In this document: positions 17,653 through 27,751 of the stretch, piece after piece | How positions within the stretch are numbered: the stretch's first letter is position 1 | How the letters are laid out: every line of letters begins with the position of its first letter | NCBI GenBank assembly: GCA_016708315.1 | Contig: JADJGC010000004.1 | Location: 2,000 to 65,999 of the forward strand | Length of the DNA stretch: 64,000 nt | From: a bacterium | GTDB lineage: Bacteria; Zixibacteria; MSB-5A5; CAIYYT01 | Direction: 5' to 3' | The notes under the pieces: model-generated | Seen by the model: the letters and a program-made list of their open reading frames with translations, nothing else | Databases searched by the model: none | Told to the model about the DNA's origin: nothing | Translations under genes and position numbers: made by a program

Positions 17653-18547
17653 CTACGGCAACCTCACTGTAGCCAAGCTTGGTTTCGAGCATCTTCGCGG
17701 AAACCACTTCTTCTCGAAGCGGGATGCAGCGAATGACGCTCGTTCTAACTTGATGCCCATGTGGGTTTCAGGCGGGTTGGTACTGCTTTTGATAGCAGTT
17801 TTGACGCTGGTTCAAGGTGTAGTCAGCTTGGTATCGCTGATTCCGGGAATCGGTGAACTTCTCTATGCAGTGCTCTACATCGTTCCATTCTTTCTGTGGT
17901 CGCTCTTCCTCGTCTTCCTTGCTTTTGGATTGGCGACGTCTTGCCTGACACTCCCGGCAATCATTGTCGCCCGCGAGAAAGAAACCTTCGGAGCGACATT
18001 CTATATTTACAATGTCATCTGGACGCAGCCCTTGCGCTGGTTGGGAATGACCATTTCCGGTCTGGTTCTTGCCAAGATTGGCATCTTCGTCATAGGCTAT
18101 TTCTTTGCTCGTGCTCTGCAGTTAACCAATTTCCTTGCCGCATGGTTTGGCGGCGAAAAGATAAACAGCATCATCGTCAGCGCCTATAGCGCCCTCGACC
18201 CAATCCAGAACGTGATTCGCTTCTTCACGACTCTGTATCCCGGTTCGTGCATCAGCTATGACCCCAAAATGCCTATCGCATACAACCTCAAGCACTTCGA
18301 CTGGCTCTCTTCAGTTTCCGGAACCGAGCAAGTTGCCGCATTGGTAATCGCTATTGGCGTGTTGGGAATCCTGTTTCTGATGATTTCTTATGGTATCAAC
18401 ATCGTCACTAACTCGCAGTTATTGGCTTTTTTGCTGGTAGCATATTCTGAGGACAAGGTCAAACTTACCGAAGATGCCTCCAATCGTGCAGCCGAACCGA
18501 ACGAAATTCTTCCCGAAAAACCGCAATCAGACAGCACGAACTCTTGA
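17582..18547 (+). CDS. polytopic membrane protein, hypothetical, fragment 2 of 2
   Basis: This 321-aa ORF has at least 6 hydrophobic helices and no motif I can assign. Confidence 0.65.
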   Translation: MGLEHWYSCAIWIVGIIAFIVMYDYGNLTVAKLGFEHLRGNHFFSKRDAANDARSNLMPMWVSGGLVLLLIAVLTLVQGVVSLVSLIPGIGELLYAVLYIVPFFLWSLFLVFLAFGLATSCLTLPAIIVAREKETFGATFYIYNVIWTQPLRWLGMTISGLVLAKIGIFVIGYFFARALQLTNFLAAWFGGEKINSIIVSAYSALDPIQNVIRFFTTLYPGSCISYDPKMPIAYNLKHFDWLSSVSGTEQVAALVIAIGVLGILFLMISYGINIVTNSQLLAFLLVAYSEDKVKLTEDASNRAAEPNEILPEKPQSDSTNS

Positions 18548-18578
18548 CATTACCCCTCTTTGCACCGTAAATAGGCCG

Positions 18579-20384
18579 ATGGAATTAGTAAAGAACATAC
18601 GCAACTTCTCGATTATCGCACATATCGACCACGGCAAGTCAACTATAGCGGACCGCTTGCTCGAAATGACGCGCACAATCAACGTCACTCACAAGCAAAT
18701 GCTCGACAATATGGACCTCGAGCAAGAGCGCGGAATCACGATCAAAGCACATGCGATCCGAATGCACTATCACGCCAATGACGGGCACAAGTACATCCTT
18801 AATCTGATCGATACACCCGGACACGTCGACTTCTCCTATGAAGTCTCGCGCTCGATTGCCGCTTGCGAGGGTGCGCTCTTGGTTGTTGACGCTTCACAGG
18901 GAATCGAAGCGCAAACGCTGTCAAATCTCTACAAAGCGCTCGACCAGAATCTGGAGATCATTCCGGTACTCAATAAGATCGATCTCCCCCACGCCGAACC
19001 GGAGCGAGTCGCCGAGTCGATTCTTAACCTCATTGGCGGCAAGAAGGAAGATATCCTCCATACCTCCGCGAAGATGGGAATCGGGATTCACGAGATTCTC
19101 GAAGCCATCGTTCAGCGCATTCCGGCTCCGACCACAGATCCCAACGGAACTCTGAAGGCGATGGTGTTCGATTCCAAATTCGACAGTTATCGCGGTGCAG
19201 TCCCGTATCTGCGTGTCGTCGATGGCGAAGTCAAGAAGGGCGATGTCATCAAGTTTTTCTCCACCGGAATCGAATACGAAGTCGACGAGGTTGGCCACTT
19301 GATCATCGACCGCAAGCCGGCCAAGAAACTCACCGCAGGGGAGGTCGGCTACATCGTCTGCAATATCCGCCACCTTGCTGATGCCAAGGTCGGCGACACA
19401 ATCACCTATGCCAAAGATGGTGCACCAACGCCGCTGCCGGGCTTCAAAGAAATCAAGTCGATGGTCTTTTCCGGTATTTATCCCGCGACCACCGAACGCT
19501 ACGAACAGCTCCGCGAAGCGCTGGAGAAACTACAGCTTAACGATGCGTCCTTAACCTTCGAGCCGGAATCGTCGCTGGCATTGGGATTCGGTTTCCGCTG
19601 CGGGTTCCTTGGGCTGTTGCATCTCGAGATCGTGCACGAACGCCTCGAACGCGAATACGGTGTCACGATTGTCAACACGGTGCCCAACGTCGAGTACCAC
19701 GTTTATACTAAGAATAGTGAAATCGTCAAGGTCGATAACCCGGCCAAGATGCCTTCACCGATGTTGATCGACCATATCGAAGAGCCGTTTGTCGCGGCTC
19801 AAATCATCACGCCGGTGGAATACATCGGCGGTATCATGAAGATCATCGCCGAACGACGCGGCGAATTCAAGGCGACACATTATCCCGACCCGGCGCGTGC
19901 AACTTTGGAATTCAACTTGCCGTTGTCGGAGATCATCTTCGATTTCCACGACAAACTCAAATCGATTTCGCGCGGATATGCTTCGCTCGACTACGATTTC
20001 CTCGAAATGCGCACCAGCAAATTGCAAAAGCTCGATATCCTGCTCAATTCCGAGCCGGTCGATGCGCTGTCCTGTTTGATTCATCAGGACCGCGCCCAAG
20101 TCTGGGGCCGCAAACTTTGTGCAAAACTGCAGGAGTTGATTCCGCGACAGATGTTCGAGGTCATCATCCAGGCGGCAATCGGCTCCAAAGTCGTCGCGCG
20201 CGAGACAGTCCGCGCCATGCGCAAGAACGTTACTGCAAAATGCTACGGCGGCGACATTACCCGGAAACGCAAACTGATCGAGCGTCAAAAAGAGGGCAAG
20301 AAGAAGATGAAGCAGATCGGCAGCGTGGAATTACCGCAGGAAGCATTCCTGGCGGTACTGCAAATTGACCGGGACGGGGAGTAG
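18579..20384 (+). CDS. lepA: translation elongation factor 4 (LepA)
   Basis: G-domain motifs are [22 protein letters not shown] and NKID, and LepA-like sequence runs full length. ATG 18579 lies within the longer ORF. Confidence 0.95.
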   Translation: MELVKNIRNFSIIAHIDHGKSTIADRLLEMTRTINVTHKQMLDNMDLEQERGITIKAHAIRMHYHANDGHKYILNLIDTPGHVDFSYEVSRSIAACEGALLVVDASQGIEAQTLSNLYKALDQNLEIIPVLNKIDLPHAEPERVAESILNLIGGKKEDILHTSAKMGIGIHEILEAIVQRIPAPTTDPNGTLKAMVFDSKFDSYRGAVPYLRVVDGEVKKGDVIKFFSTGIEYEVDEVGHLIIDRKPAKKLTAGEVGYIVCNIRHLADAKVGDTITYAKDGAPTPLPGFKEIKSMVFSGIYPATTERYEQLREALEKLQLNDASLTFEPESSLALGFGFRCGFLGLLHLEIVHERLEREYGVTIVNTVPNVEYHVYTKNSEIVKVDNPAKMPSPMLIDHIEEPFVAAQIITPVEYIGGIMKIIAERRGEFKATHYPDPARATLEFNLPLSEIIFDFHDKLKSISRGYASLDYDFLEMRTSKLQKLDILLNSEPVDALSCLIHQDRAQVWGRKLCAKLQELIPRQMFEVIIQAAIGSKVVARETVRAMRKNVTAKCYGGDITRKRKLIERQKEGKKKMKQIGSVELPQEAFLAVLQIDRDGE

Positions 20385-20468
20385 AATCTACCGTCCTGCC
20401 CGCAAAGTCGTCTTCTCGGTCCGCTTGAGAGACCCTCTTAATATAGCAATCATGGCTCCATATTTTTA

Positions 20469-20496
20469 TTGACACAACTATAAGTGCTCCTAAATT
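20469..20496 (+). promoter_or_regulatory. candidate sigma-70 promoter of cytochrome c gene
   Basis: TTGACA (20469-20474), a 16-nt spacer and TAAATT (20491-20496) lie about 30 nt upstream of ATG 20527, which has RBS AAGGAG. Confidence 0.4.
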
Positions 20497-20526
20497 TACG
20501 ACCGTAACATTCACAAGGAGTACCTT

Positions 20527-21126
20527 ATGCGACTGACAAAAGTCAAAACCGTCCTTTCACTTTCTCTTCTTACTGCAGCTTTGATTGTTGCGAACTGCGC
20601 CCAAAACAGCGCCGACAAGCCGCTCACCAAGGAAGAAATGATCAAACGCGGGTCATACTTGGTAAATTCCGGCTCGTGTAATGACTGCCATTCACCCAAG
20701 AAGTATGGCCCGAAGGGACCAGAACCGGATCAGTCAATCTTGCTGTCTGGCCACAGAGCGAATCTGCCGGTCGCAGCGATTCCGGCTGGATTGCCCGATC
20801 CTAATGGCTGGGTCGTAATGGGTAATGCCGACTTCACTGCGTGGGCAGGTCCCTGGGGAGTTTCTTTTGCGGCCAACCTGACACCCGATCCGAATACGGG
20901 CATCGGCAAGTGGACCGAAGACGACTTTGTCAATGCGATGCGCAACGGCAAACACATGGGCACCGGTCGCGAGATTCTTCCGCCGATGCCGTGGCAGATG
21001 ATCGGTCAGATGACTGATGAGGATCTCAAGTCGATGTTTGCTTACTTCATGTCATTGCCTGCCGTGCCCAATCTGGTGCCGGGACCGATCCCGCCGCAGG
21101 CTGCGCCTCCGGCGACAGCAGAATAA
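20527..21126 (+). CDS. lipoprotein mono-haem c-type cytochrome (paralogue of 23856-24449)
   Basis: Evidence is a signal plus lipobox (LIVANC), a single haem motif CNDCH, the motif REILPPMPWQ, and the tail TDEDLKSMFAYFMSLPAVPN. Confidence 0.8.
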   Translation: MRLTKVKTVLSLSLLTAALIVANCAQNSADKPLTKEEMIKRGSYLVNSGSCNDCHSPKKYGPKGPEPDQSILLSGHRANLPVAAIPAGLPDPNGWVVMGNADFTAWAGPWGVSFAANLTPDPNTGIGKWTEDDFVNAMRNGKHMGTGREILPPMPWQMIGQMTDEDLKSMFAYFMSLPAVPNLVPGPIPPQAAPPATAE

Positions 21127-21155
21127 CAAAGAGCGACCTGCAATAGAATCTCTGG

Positions 21156-22931
21156 TTACTCAACCGGAGATTCAATTGACGGAAGTATATACTTCGGGAT
21201 GTACTCTTGTTGGGGGATCAGGCCCGCACGGTCGGAATAGTTTCCGCCATAGAAACCGATCAGTAAATCAAGTTCTGGAATTCCCAGCACAAGTTGACCG
21301 CCGTTGCCGCCGGCAAAGAATGCTCTAATCGTGCGACCGCGAAAGGGATATTCAACAACCCACCACAAATATCCATAACCGTGCCCTTCAATCTCCACGA
21401 GTGCCGACGTCGACCTGCGCGCATATTCTGCACTGACAATCTGACGACCTTGCCACTTGCCGTCATCGAGTATCATCTGGCCGAGCTTCATGAAATCGCG
21501 AAGTGTGAAGTGTCCACCACCACCCATGTAAGCATCGCCGGTTGGAGTCAAATTCAGGGCGTAGTTGCGAATTTGCAGGGGCTCGGCGATCAGTTCGCGA
21601 AACAGGTCTGGAAGCCATCTGCCGGTCGTCTTCGCGAGCACGCCTCCAAGCAGATTCGGATTCGCACTGCCATAAACAGCCTTCTCCCCCGGATTGCGCA
21701 CCATGTCGAGGTCGAGAGTATAGCGATACCAGTCGGGCTGAACAGCTTGCTCTTGCATTGTGTCCTCGTTGCCGCGGGAATCGGAATTGGAATCGTCACA
21801 ATCGAGACCGGAGGACATGGTCAGAAGATGTTCAACTTTGAGTGCTTGCTTGCGCGGATCGAGATGAATCAAGGCGGACGCGCCGTCCATAACCTCAAAG
21901 ACGCCGGTCGAAATTGAAATCGTTTGATTGTCAAGCATTGCGGCGCCGAAAAGCGCTGAAGTCATGCTCTTTGAAGCGGACCTTGTATCGTGAAGCTGAT
22001 CGCGTGAATAGCGATGGAAGTATTCCTCCAGCACGAGTTTGCCGTGGCGGGCGATCAGTAATGCGTGAATGTCCGAAGTCTGAACCGATTCAATCGGCAT
22101 TTTGATTAGCATCTCGACGAATTTAGCAATTGTGTCTCTTGAAATGCCGACATCGGCAAGATTCGCGACTGGCCAACCGTCGTCCAGAAGCGGAGGCGCA
22201 TGATATGTGTATGGCGCGGGCGATTTGCTGCGCGGATAGAACCCAAGCTCTTCAAACTCCGACGCGCGGTGGAAATCATAGGTTCCACCCCGCCAAGGCA
22301 GCGATAGAGAAAACATCTCATGCTCAGTATTGAACGATCCCACCATCAACAACTCTTCCGGCTGATCTGATGAGCGACGGCCAAAAAGGGATACCTTATT
22401 TGTATCAAGCGAGATCCGATCAACTCTCATGAATCTGCCGGAGTTGCGTTCCGGATTGCGCAGGAACGTAGCAAACGAGCCATCCTCATTGCGTTTGACG
22501 GGCAAGTAGAAAGTCATGTGATCATCGAGGGGACTTACTTCGCCGAGCCAACGGTTCGGACCTTGCTGGCTCAAGATCACCGGCGTCGCATATCGACAGC
22601 CATTGACGACTGTGTGCGGTTGAATCCAATGGCCAATGATTTGGTCGCCAGTGAAGCGACCGCGAAAGCCCCCTTGTTCTCCCGAAATCTCGAACGAGAT
22701 TTGATTGTCACTGACGGTTACGAATTCCGTTACGCCACCAATCTCCGCGATCCAATAGTCTCCGCGATGTTGAATCGCCAAGTCGCCTTTTAGCTCAGGA
22801 CCGAAATGACGCTTGGCGCACCACAGACCGACAGGGTCTCGTGCTGTAGCCAATGAATCTGAGCGCAGGGGTTCAGCCGTCAGAGCGTGTACGAACAAAA
22901 GTATTGCGAGTAGCAGTGTCTTAGTTTTCAT
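21156..22931 (-). CDS. beta-lactamase-family serine hydrolase with an extra N-terminal domain, secreted
   Basis: It has signal peptide MKTKTLLLAILLFVHALTA, S-x-x-K motif SASKSMTS, and downstream YGSAN and HGYGYLWW segments. ATG 22931 lies 11 nt after the GntR stop. Confidence 0.75.
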   Translation of the reverse strand: MKTKTLLLAILLFVHALTAEPLRSDSLATARDPVGLWCAKRHFGPELKGDLAIQHRGDYWIAEIGGVTEFVTVSDNQISFEISGEQGGFRGRFTGDQIIGHWIQPHTVVNGCRYATPVILSQQGPNRWLGEVSPLDDHMTFYLPVKRNEDGSFATFLRNPERNSGRFMRVDRISLDTNKVSLFGRRSSDQPEELLMVGSFNTEHEMFSLSLPWRGGTYDFHRASEFEELGFYPRSKSPAPYTYHAPPLLDDGWPVANLADVGISRDTIAKFVEMLIKMPIESVQTSDIHALLIARHGKLVLEEYFHRYSRDQLHDTRSASKSMTSALFGAAMLDNQTISISTGVFEVMDGASALIHLDPRKQALKVEHLLTMSSGLDCDDSNSDSRGNEDTMQEQAVQPDWYRYTLDLDMVRNPGEKAVYGSANPNLLGGVLAKTTGRWLPDLFRELIAEPLQIRNYALNLTPTGDAYMGGGGHFTLRDFMKLGQMILDDGKWQGRQIVSAEYARRSTSALVEIEGHGYGYLWWVVEYPFRGRTIRAFFAGGNGGQLVLGIPELDLLIGFYGGNYSDRAGLIPQQEYIPKYILPSIESPVE

Positions 22932-22942
22932 AAGTATAGTCG

Positions 22943-23605
22943 TTACTTTCGCGTTTGTCGGTTTTTCAACCATTCGACGATGGGATCCTTACCGCTCTCC
23001 ATATTCTCCTGAAGTGCGGTGCAGGCAGCATCCAAGTCGCCGCGATTGAGGGCTTCGATAATGGTCTGGTGACCCTGCAGAGTTCGGTTGACGTTGCGGT
23101 TTTCTCGCATTAGTGCAATTTCATAGCGCCGGGTTCGTCGCATGAATTGTTCAATCAGCTCAATCAGGACGCGATTGGGACATTGAGACAACAATTCGAG
23201 ATGCCAAGAATCATCGAGCGAAGATGCAGTCGCAGGCTCGGTGGCTTTCTCGATCTTCTTATTCATGGCCTCTAACCGCGAGAGCTGTTTGCATGTTGGC
23301 AAGCCGGCAAGCCTCAAAGCGTGAGGATCGAGTATTGCACGGATGGGGTAGATCTGCTCGAATTCTTCGAGCGTGAGTGGGCACGCAACAAAACCGATTC
23401 GCGGGCGACTTATGATTGCGCCTTCAGCAACAAGGCGAGTGAGTGCCTCTCGAAGCGGAGTTCGACTAATGCCAAGTTTCTCGGCTAAATGTACTTCGTT
23501 GATCCGCTGACCGGGCGGAAAAACCCCGTCGACGATCATTTGCCTGACAAGAGTTACAGCAGAATCACTGAGATTGGACCTATCTAGCAAACGCACCACT
23601 TTCAT
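22943..23605 (-). CDS. GntR-family transcriptional regulator (FadR/FCD-like C-terminal domain)
   Basis: The winged HTH is GQRINEVHLAEKLGISRTPLREAL, followed by a helical C-terminal domain. Confidence 0.85.
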   Translation of the reverse strand: MKVVRLLDRSNLSDSAVTLVRQMIVDGVFPPGQRINEVHLAEKLGISRTPLREALTRLVAEGAIISRPRIGFVACPLTLEEFEQIYPIRAILDPHALRLAGLPTCKQLSRLEAMNKKIEKATEPATASSLDDSWHLELLSQCPNRVLIELIEQFMRRTRRYEIALMRENRNVNRTLQGHQTIIEALNRGDLDAACTALQENMESGKDPIVEWLKNRQTRK

Positions 23606-23855
23606 AAGTGTATACAGTATAATAAATATATGTTATTTGTCAATATGTTACTGTGAAAGTTTACAATTTCATCCAGCCAGGCCGTTTGCGACGGTCCAAG
23701 GTCTGAGCCTCGGTATTCGGACCGGTAACTGGGAACCGTCGCGGCTGTGGGCCACGTATTTCGGACCGCGTGCTCGGATAATATGTATCCATATTATGCT
23801 TGACAAATCACCCGACATCTTTAGATATAGCAGCAAATCTTGAAAAGGATAATGC

Positions 23856-24449
23856 ATGAAGCCAGCTACTACTAAAATCGTTCTGTTCGTTTCGCTTGTC
23901 GGTGCCTGCTCGCTGCTGGTCATGTGCGCACAAGCTGAGAAAGATGTCGCCATGACCCCGGAGCAAATGGTCAAGCGCGGTGAATATCTGGTGAACCTTG
24001 GCGGATGCAACGACTGCCATTCGCCCAAGAAGTTTACTGAGAAAGGCCCTGAGTTTGATCAGTCGATCCTGCTCTCTGGTCACCCGGCCAATGCCCCGAT
24101 TCCGGATATCCCGGAGGGACTACCCAATCCAATGGGATGGATGGCGATGTGCAATGGTCACATGACTGCTTGGGCAGGACCGTGGGGAATCAGTTTCGCC
24201 TCGAATCTGACTCCCGATCCGCAGACCGGTTTGGGCGACTGGGATGAAGAGGCTTTCATCAACACGATGCGCACCGGTCAGCACTTGGGGATGGGCAGAG
24301 AAATTCTCCCGCCAATGCCGTGGCAGTCTCTTGGCAAAGCAACGGATGATGATCTCAAAGCTATCTTCGCCTACTTGAATTCGCTTCCTGCTGTACCGAA
24401 CCTGGTCCCGGGTCCGATTCCTCCGCCGTCAGCGCCGGCGCAACCGTAG
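23856..24449 (+). CDS. lipoprotein mono-haem c-type cytochrome (paralogue of 20527-21126)
   Basis: It has lipobox LVGAC, haem motif CNDCH, REILPPMPWQ and TDDDLKAIFAYLNSLPAVPN, and is collinear with the first copy along its whole length. Confidence 0.8.
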   Translation: MKPATTKIVLFVSLVGACSLLVMCAQAEKDVAMTPEQMVKRGEYLVNLGGCNDCHSPKKFTEKGPEFDQSILLSGHPANAPIPDIPEGLPNPMGWMAMCNGHMTAWAGPWGISFASNLTPDPQTGLGDWDEEAFINTMRTGQHLGMGREILPPMPWQSLGKATDDDLKAIFAYLNSLPAVPNLVPGPIPPPSAPAQP

Positions 24450-24471
24450 TCTGTATTCTTTCCAGCAAAGA

Positions 24472-24502
24472 AAAATGGCAGGTATCAACTACCTGCCATT
24501 TT
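24472..24502. terminator. bidirectional intrinsic terminator between convergent genes
   Basis: The stem is AAAATGGCAGGTA / TACCTGCCATTTT (13 bp) with loop TCAAC, flanked by A-run and T-run sequence. Confidence 0.75.
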
Positions 24503-24532
24503 CATTTCTGCTCCAATTTGATTTTCTAATCT

Positions 24533-24901
24533 CTACTCACACGCGGCACATGGCGCGTTGCCGCCGAGGAAGATGTAGTTAACCAAATAAACGCAGTCAG
24601 TGATGCGAATCAAACCGTCGCAGTTGACATCGGCATCTTCCGCATTGATAGGGTCGAAGCTGACACCAAAGATGAAGTTGATGAGCCCGACAGCGTCGAC
24701 AATATTGACATCCCCTGATTGATTCACGTCACCGCACTCAAATCCTGTTGAGAATTCGAAAATATCAAAAAAACCGTTAAGTGCCGCAGCGTCGATTACC
24801 AGCATTTGGCCGTCGGCCAACTCGGTTGCGGGATTGTGTCCGGGACGCACGCGCGGCCAAAGTGAATAGAGGACGTCCATCGACATAGCGTCGTTCAACA
24901 A
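24533..24901 (-). CDS. large secreted protein, C-terminal fragment with double dockerin-like repeat ending PCAACE
   Basis: Dockerin-like repeats are GDVNQSGDVNIVDAVGLINFIF and DVNCDGLIRITDCVYLVNYIFLGGNAPCAACE. The same frame is open further upstream (EYLFVTNSTYTGTPNANYTNKNLL). Confidence 0.7.
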   Translation of the reverse strand: MLNDAMSMDVLYSLWPRVRPGHNPATELADGQMLVIDAAALNGFFDIFEFSTGFECGDVNQSGDVNIVDAVGLINFIFGVSFDPINAEDADVNCDGLIRITDCVYLVNYIFLGGNAPCAACE

Positions 24902-25087
24902 ATTCTTGTTCGTGTAGTTCGCATTCGGTGTTCCGGTATACGTGCTGTTGGTTACGAACAGGTACTCACGTTACCAACCTCATCGCAGGGCAGCCAGGTG
25001 GACATCGAAGGCCGGCTTTCTGTTGTCACAATCAGGCGTTCAGTTGACGTTCTGGATTTGCTAACATCCCAAGCAGTAAACGGAACA

Positions 25088-26464
25088 TCAAAGAAGCCAT
25101 AATAGCAGTAGCTGGCCGGTCCTCGCAGTAAAAATGCCCTTCTGTGTCGCCGTCAAGCTCAAGCGAATCTCGACGTCCTTGTAGTCATTGCGGCCAACGT
25201 TAGAACCAAAGAAATCAATACCGTTTCCAAGCCCGCCAAAGAACTGCGGCAGACTAGCATCGACTCCCGTCATCCAACGATCCCCGATCCACGACCAGCC
25301 CGAAATGCCGGGCTCAGGTCCGAAAACGCGCGGCATAAATCCATCAACCACTGGATAGTTGTAGTCGCCCGATTGGTTTGTCTGGTTGTTCAAAATGGTC
25401 AAACCCGTCGTCAGGTCGATCAAGTCCCAGGTTCCATTGTCGGCAAATGTGATGCGATAATCGTGTCCCGTGACAGCTGCTTGATCGATTGTCTCAATAA
25501 TGACCCGACCTTCACTCTGTCCGGAAATGTGTACCGCCGTATCGGTAACCGAGCCAGGGCTTGCTATGGGCACTTCTTCAATTTTGACAATCGGTGACTC
25601 AAGAACTGGAGTCAAATATCCGAGGAAGTTTCCGCCTAGGTCGGTGAATTCGACCATGTGGTTTACATCGTAGTGATATCCGGAAACGCCAAAATGGTAA
25701 GTATGACCATTTACAAGCGGCTGATCGGTAAAAGTATCGTAGCCGACTAACCGTTGAAATTGTAGGCCGGAGTTCGTGCCATTCTGTATGATTATCCTTT
25801 GTGTCCCGCCAGCGATCGGATCGACGACATCGGCATAAATGAGTGCGACCTCATTGACCACATCGTATGTAGCAATCTTCTCCCACGGACCGACTTCAGT
25901 TTGTCCCTGGTAAACATTGAACCCTTCGAAATGATACTCTTCATTTAGGAGGCTACTGTATTGAACATCTCCCACAAGTTCTCCGCTCCAGAATAACTCA
26001 ATCTGGCTGTCGAGCCCGCGAGAGTATACTGATGCAATCTGATCAGCGCTTGGAATGTCAAAGCCCAAATCGTAAGTGGTTTGAGCAGTTACGGATGCCG
26101 CCTTCAAGGCCGAGATTGAATTTATCGGGTTGCTCCCTTGCGCTACTACTACTGCAACGACGACTTCCTGCGTATCACCCGGTGCCATATTAAATGGTCC
26201 CGCAGAAAGCATCAACCGTCTGTCGGCAGCGGCAGCATCAACCCAACCGATCTGATTGACCGGATCTCCGGAGACGGCGAACTTCGTCGTCATGCCTGTT
26301 GACGGATTCACCATTGGCACCATCTGGCCCGAAATCGGATCCTTTACCAGACCACGCATGTAACCGTATGTTTCAACCGGACTAGCAGGGTCCGTACCGT
26401 TGATGTACTTATTGAATGAACTCATCGGCAGATTTCTGAATCCGTGTCGCCAATTTCCATTCAC
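25088..26464 (-). CDS. large secreted protein, central fragment (frame-disrupted gene)
   Basis: This is a 458-aa beta-rich sequence (LSAGPFNMAPGDTQEVVVAVVVAQG). The reading continues in other frames at both ends (..YYGFFDVPFTAWDVS.. downstream). Confidence 0.65.
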   Translation of the reverse strand: MNGNWRHGFRNLPMSSFNKYINGTDPASPVETYGYMRGLVKDPISGQMVPMVNPSTGMTTKFAVSGDPVNQIGWVDAAAADRRLMLSAGPFNMAPGDTQEVVVAVVVAQGSNPINSISALKAASVTAQTTYDLGFDIPSADQIASVYSRGLDSQIELFWSGELVGDVQYSSLLNEEYHFEGFNVYQGQTEVGPWEKIATYDVVNEVALIYADVVDPIAGGTQRIIIQNGTNSGLQFQRLVGYDTFTDQPLVNGHTYHFGVSGYHYDVNHMVEFTDLGGNFLGYLTPVLESPIVKIEEVPIASPGSVTDTAVHISGQSEGRVIIETIDQAAVTGHDYRITFADNGTWDLIDLTTGLTILNNQTNQSGDYNYPVVDGFMPRVFGPEPGISGWSWIGDRWMTGVDASLPQFFGGLGNGIDFFGSNVGRNDYKDVEIRLSLTATQKGIFTARTGQLLLLWLL

Positions 26465-27137
26465 CAGAGCAGAATCTTTTCGGTTCGGCGGGAACGATCG
26501 GCCCTGGAAAGAAATCGAATCCTACGGCCGGTGGCGCTGCACCATACCGGTTCGTCAGGCCTTCATTGTAGCAATATCCTAGTGACAGAAGGGTGTCGCA
26601 TCCAACCAAGTCGTCGCTAGCACTACCCAGATCAGGATCCACCCAAATCGACACGTATGTGTCCTCGAGGTTATTCCCGCCTTTGTTAATAATCTTGTAC
26701 TTAATGATATAGGTATTACCGAGAGCGCCGCCGCGCGCATATCCGAATGTCGTCTGCTGTATCTCAAGTCCAAGTGGCTGCGTGTCGGCGGCATCATTTA
26801 TGTGACCGTCCGGATTGGCATCGTTAAAGACAGACCAAGTCATCTGATCTCCGGTCACTAACGGATCGCCGTTCTCGTCGACCGGTGCTCCCTGATCAAC
26901 CGGCCAATTGGCATAATCAGGATTGGATGCAGGCGTATCGCCATCTTGTATCTTGTAGACGCGAAAGTCAAAATTGTCCGGCGAAAATGTGCCACCTTCC
27001 ATCGGTCCAGGAACAAACTCGGAAGAGTATTCGGCGATAGCCAGGCGGACAAGAATCCTTGCATAAGACCTCCCGTTTTGGTTTCTGGAGCGGCCCAATA
27101 TCTGCGGTTGGAAGTAATAGTCGTAAGCAATTAACAC
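26409..27137 (-). CDS. large secreted protein, N-proximal fragment; no signal peptide visible
   Basis: This 242-aa ORF is collinear with 25088-26464 and overlaps it in another frame. It begins only 45 nt downstream of the preceding gene and has no signal sequence. Confidence 0.6.
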   Translation of the reverse strand: MLIAYDYYFQPQILGRSRNQNGRSYARILVRLAIAEYSSEFVPGPMEGGTFSPDNFDFRVYKIQDGDTPASNPDYANWPVDQGAPVDENGDPLVTGDQMTWSVFNDANPDGHINDAADTQPLGLEIQQTTFGYARGGALGNTYIIKYKIINKGGNNLEDTYVSIWVDPDLGSASDDLVGCDTLLSLGYCYNEGLTNRYGAAPPAVGFDFFPGPIVPAEPKRFCSGEWKLATRIQKSADEFIQ

Positions 27138-27182
27138 TGTATGGATGATTTTGTCAATTTCTTATCGGCTATAGGTCCATGA

Positions 27183-27536
27183 TTATTGAAGAGCACTTGT
27201 CCCGCGAAACATAAAATATGCGGCCCCGACCAGACATAACCCTGCCCACAAGAAGTCCAACTTCAGTTCCTGTTTCATGTACAGCACTGAGAAGAGAGCA
27301 AACACGCACATGGTGATTACTTCTTGCATCACTTTGAGTTGTCCAAGCGAATAGTGCTGATATCCGATCCGATTGGCCGGCACCTGCAGACAATACTCAA
27401 AAAACGCTATCCCCCAGCTGATAAGTATTACCATCAACAAGGGCTTGTTCTTGAAGTCTTTCAAATGCCCGTACCAAGCATAAGTCATGAAGAAATTGGA
27501 AGCAGTCAGCAATACCACGGTCCACAGTCTTCCCAT
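27183..27536 (-). CDS. DMT-superfamily small membrane protein (DUF486 family)
   Basis: Motifs are SNFFMTYAWYGHLK, WGIAFFEYCLQVPANRIG and QLKVMQEVITMCVF, with 4 TM helices. Confidence 0.75.
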   Translation of the reverse strand: MGRLWTVVLLTASNFFMTYAWYGHLKDFKNKPLLMVILISWGIAFFEYCLQVPANRIGYQHYSLGQLKVMQEVITMCVFALFSVLYMKQELKLDFLWAGLCLVGAAYFMFRGTSALQ

Positions 27537-27751
27537 TGTCTTTCCTCGCAGTCTATCGGTAGAAAAAGATCAACTCAAGTTCATCGTCGCTGCAATTTCG
27601 CGCCTCTTTTCTCCTTCGGCAACGGGAAAAGACTTGCTGAAAGTGATGCTCACACGCTATCTTGAAGTTCGGAAGAATCATCATCGCGGATTCAAATACT
27701 CCACATCATAATCGTGAATATAAGATTTGTTTATATGGAAGAGGAATAACT

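Noticed and set aside
18474-18578. Upstream in-frame extensions of ORF-track entries, for lepA here and likewise for secA (32247-32303), the lipoprotein (40714-40950), AKR (48277-48453), ispG (56144-56302), nfi (13875-13955) and the aminotransferase (27662-27751).
   Set aside because: The extensions overlap upstream genes or lack family-like sequence. Conserved N-termini with RBS-like sequences begin at the internal starts I used.
20511-20699. Minus-strand ORFs beginning MGEWQSLH here and at 23669-24028, which look like a conserved small-protein family.
   Set aside because: Their similarity is only the antisense image of the conserved CNDCHSPKK region of the two cytochrome c paralogues.
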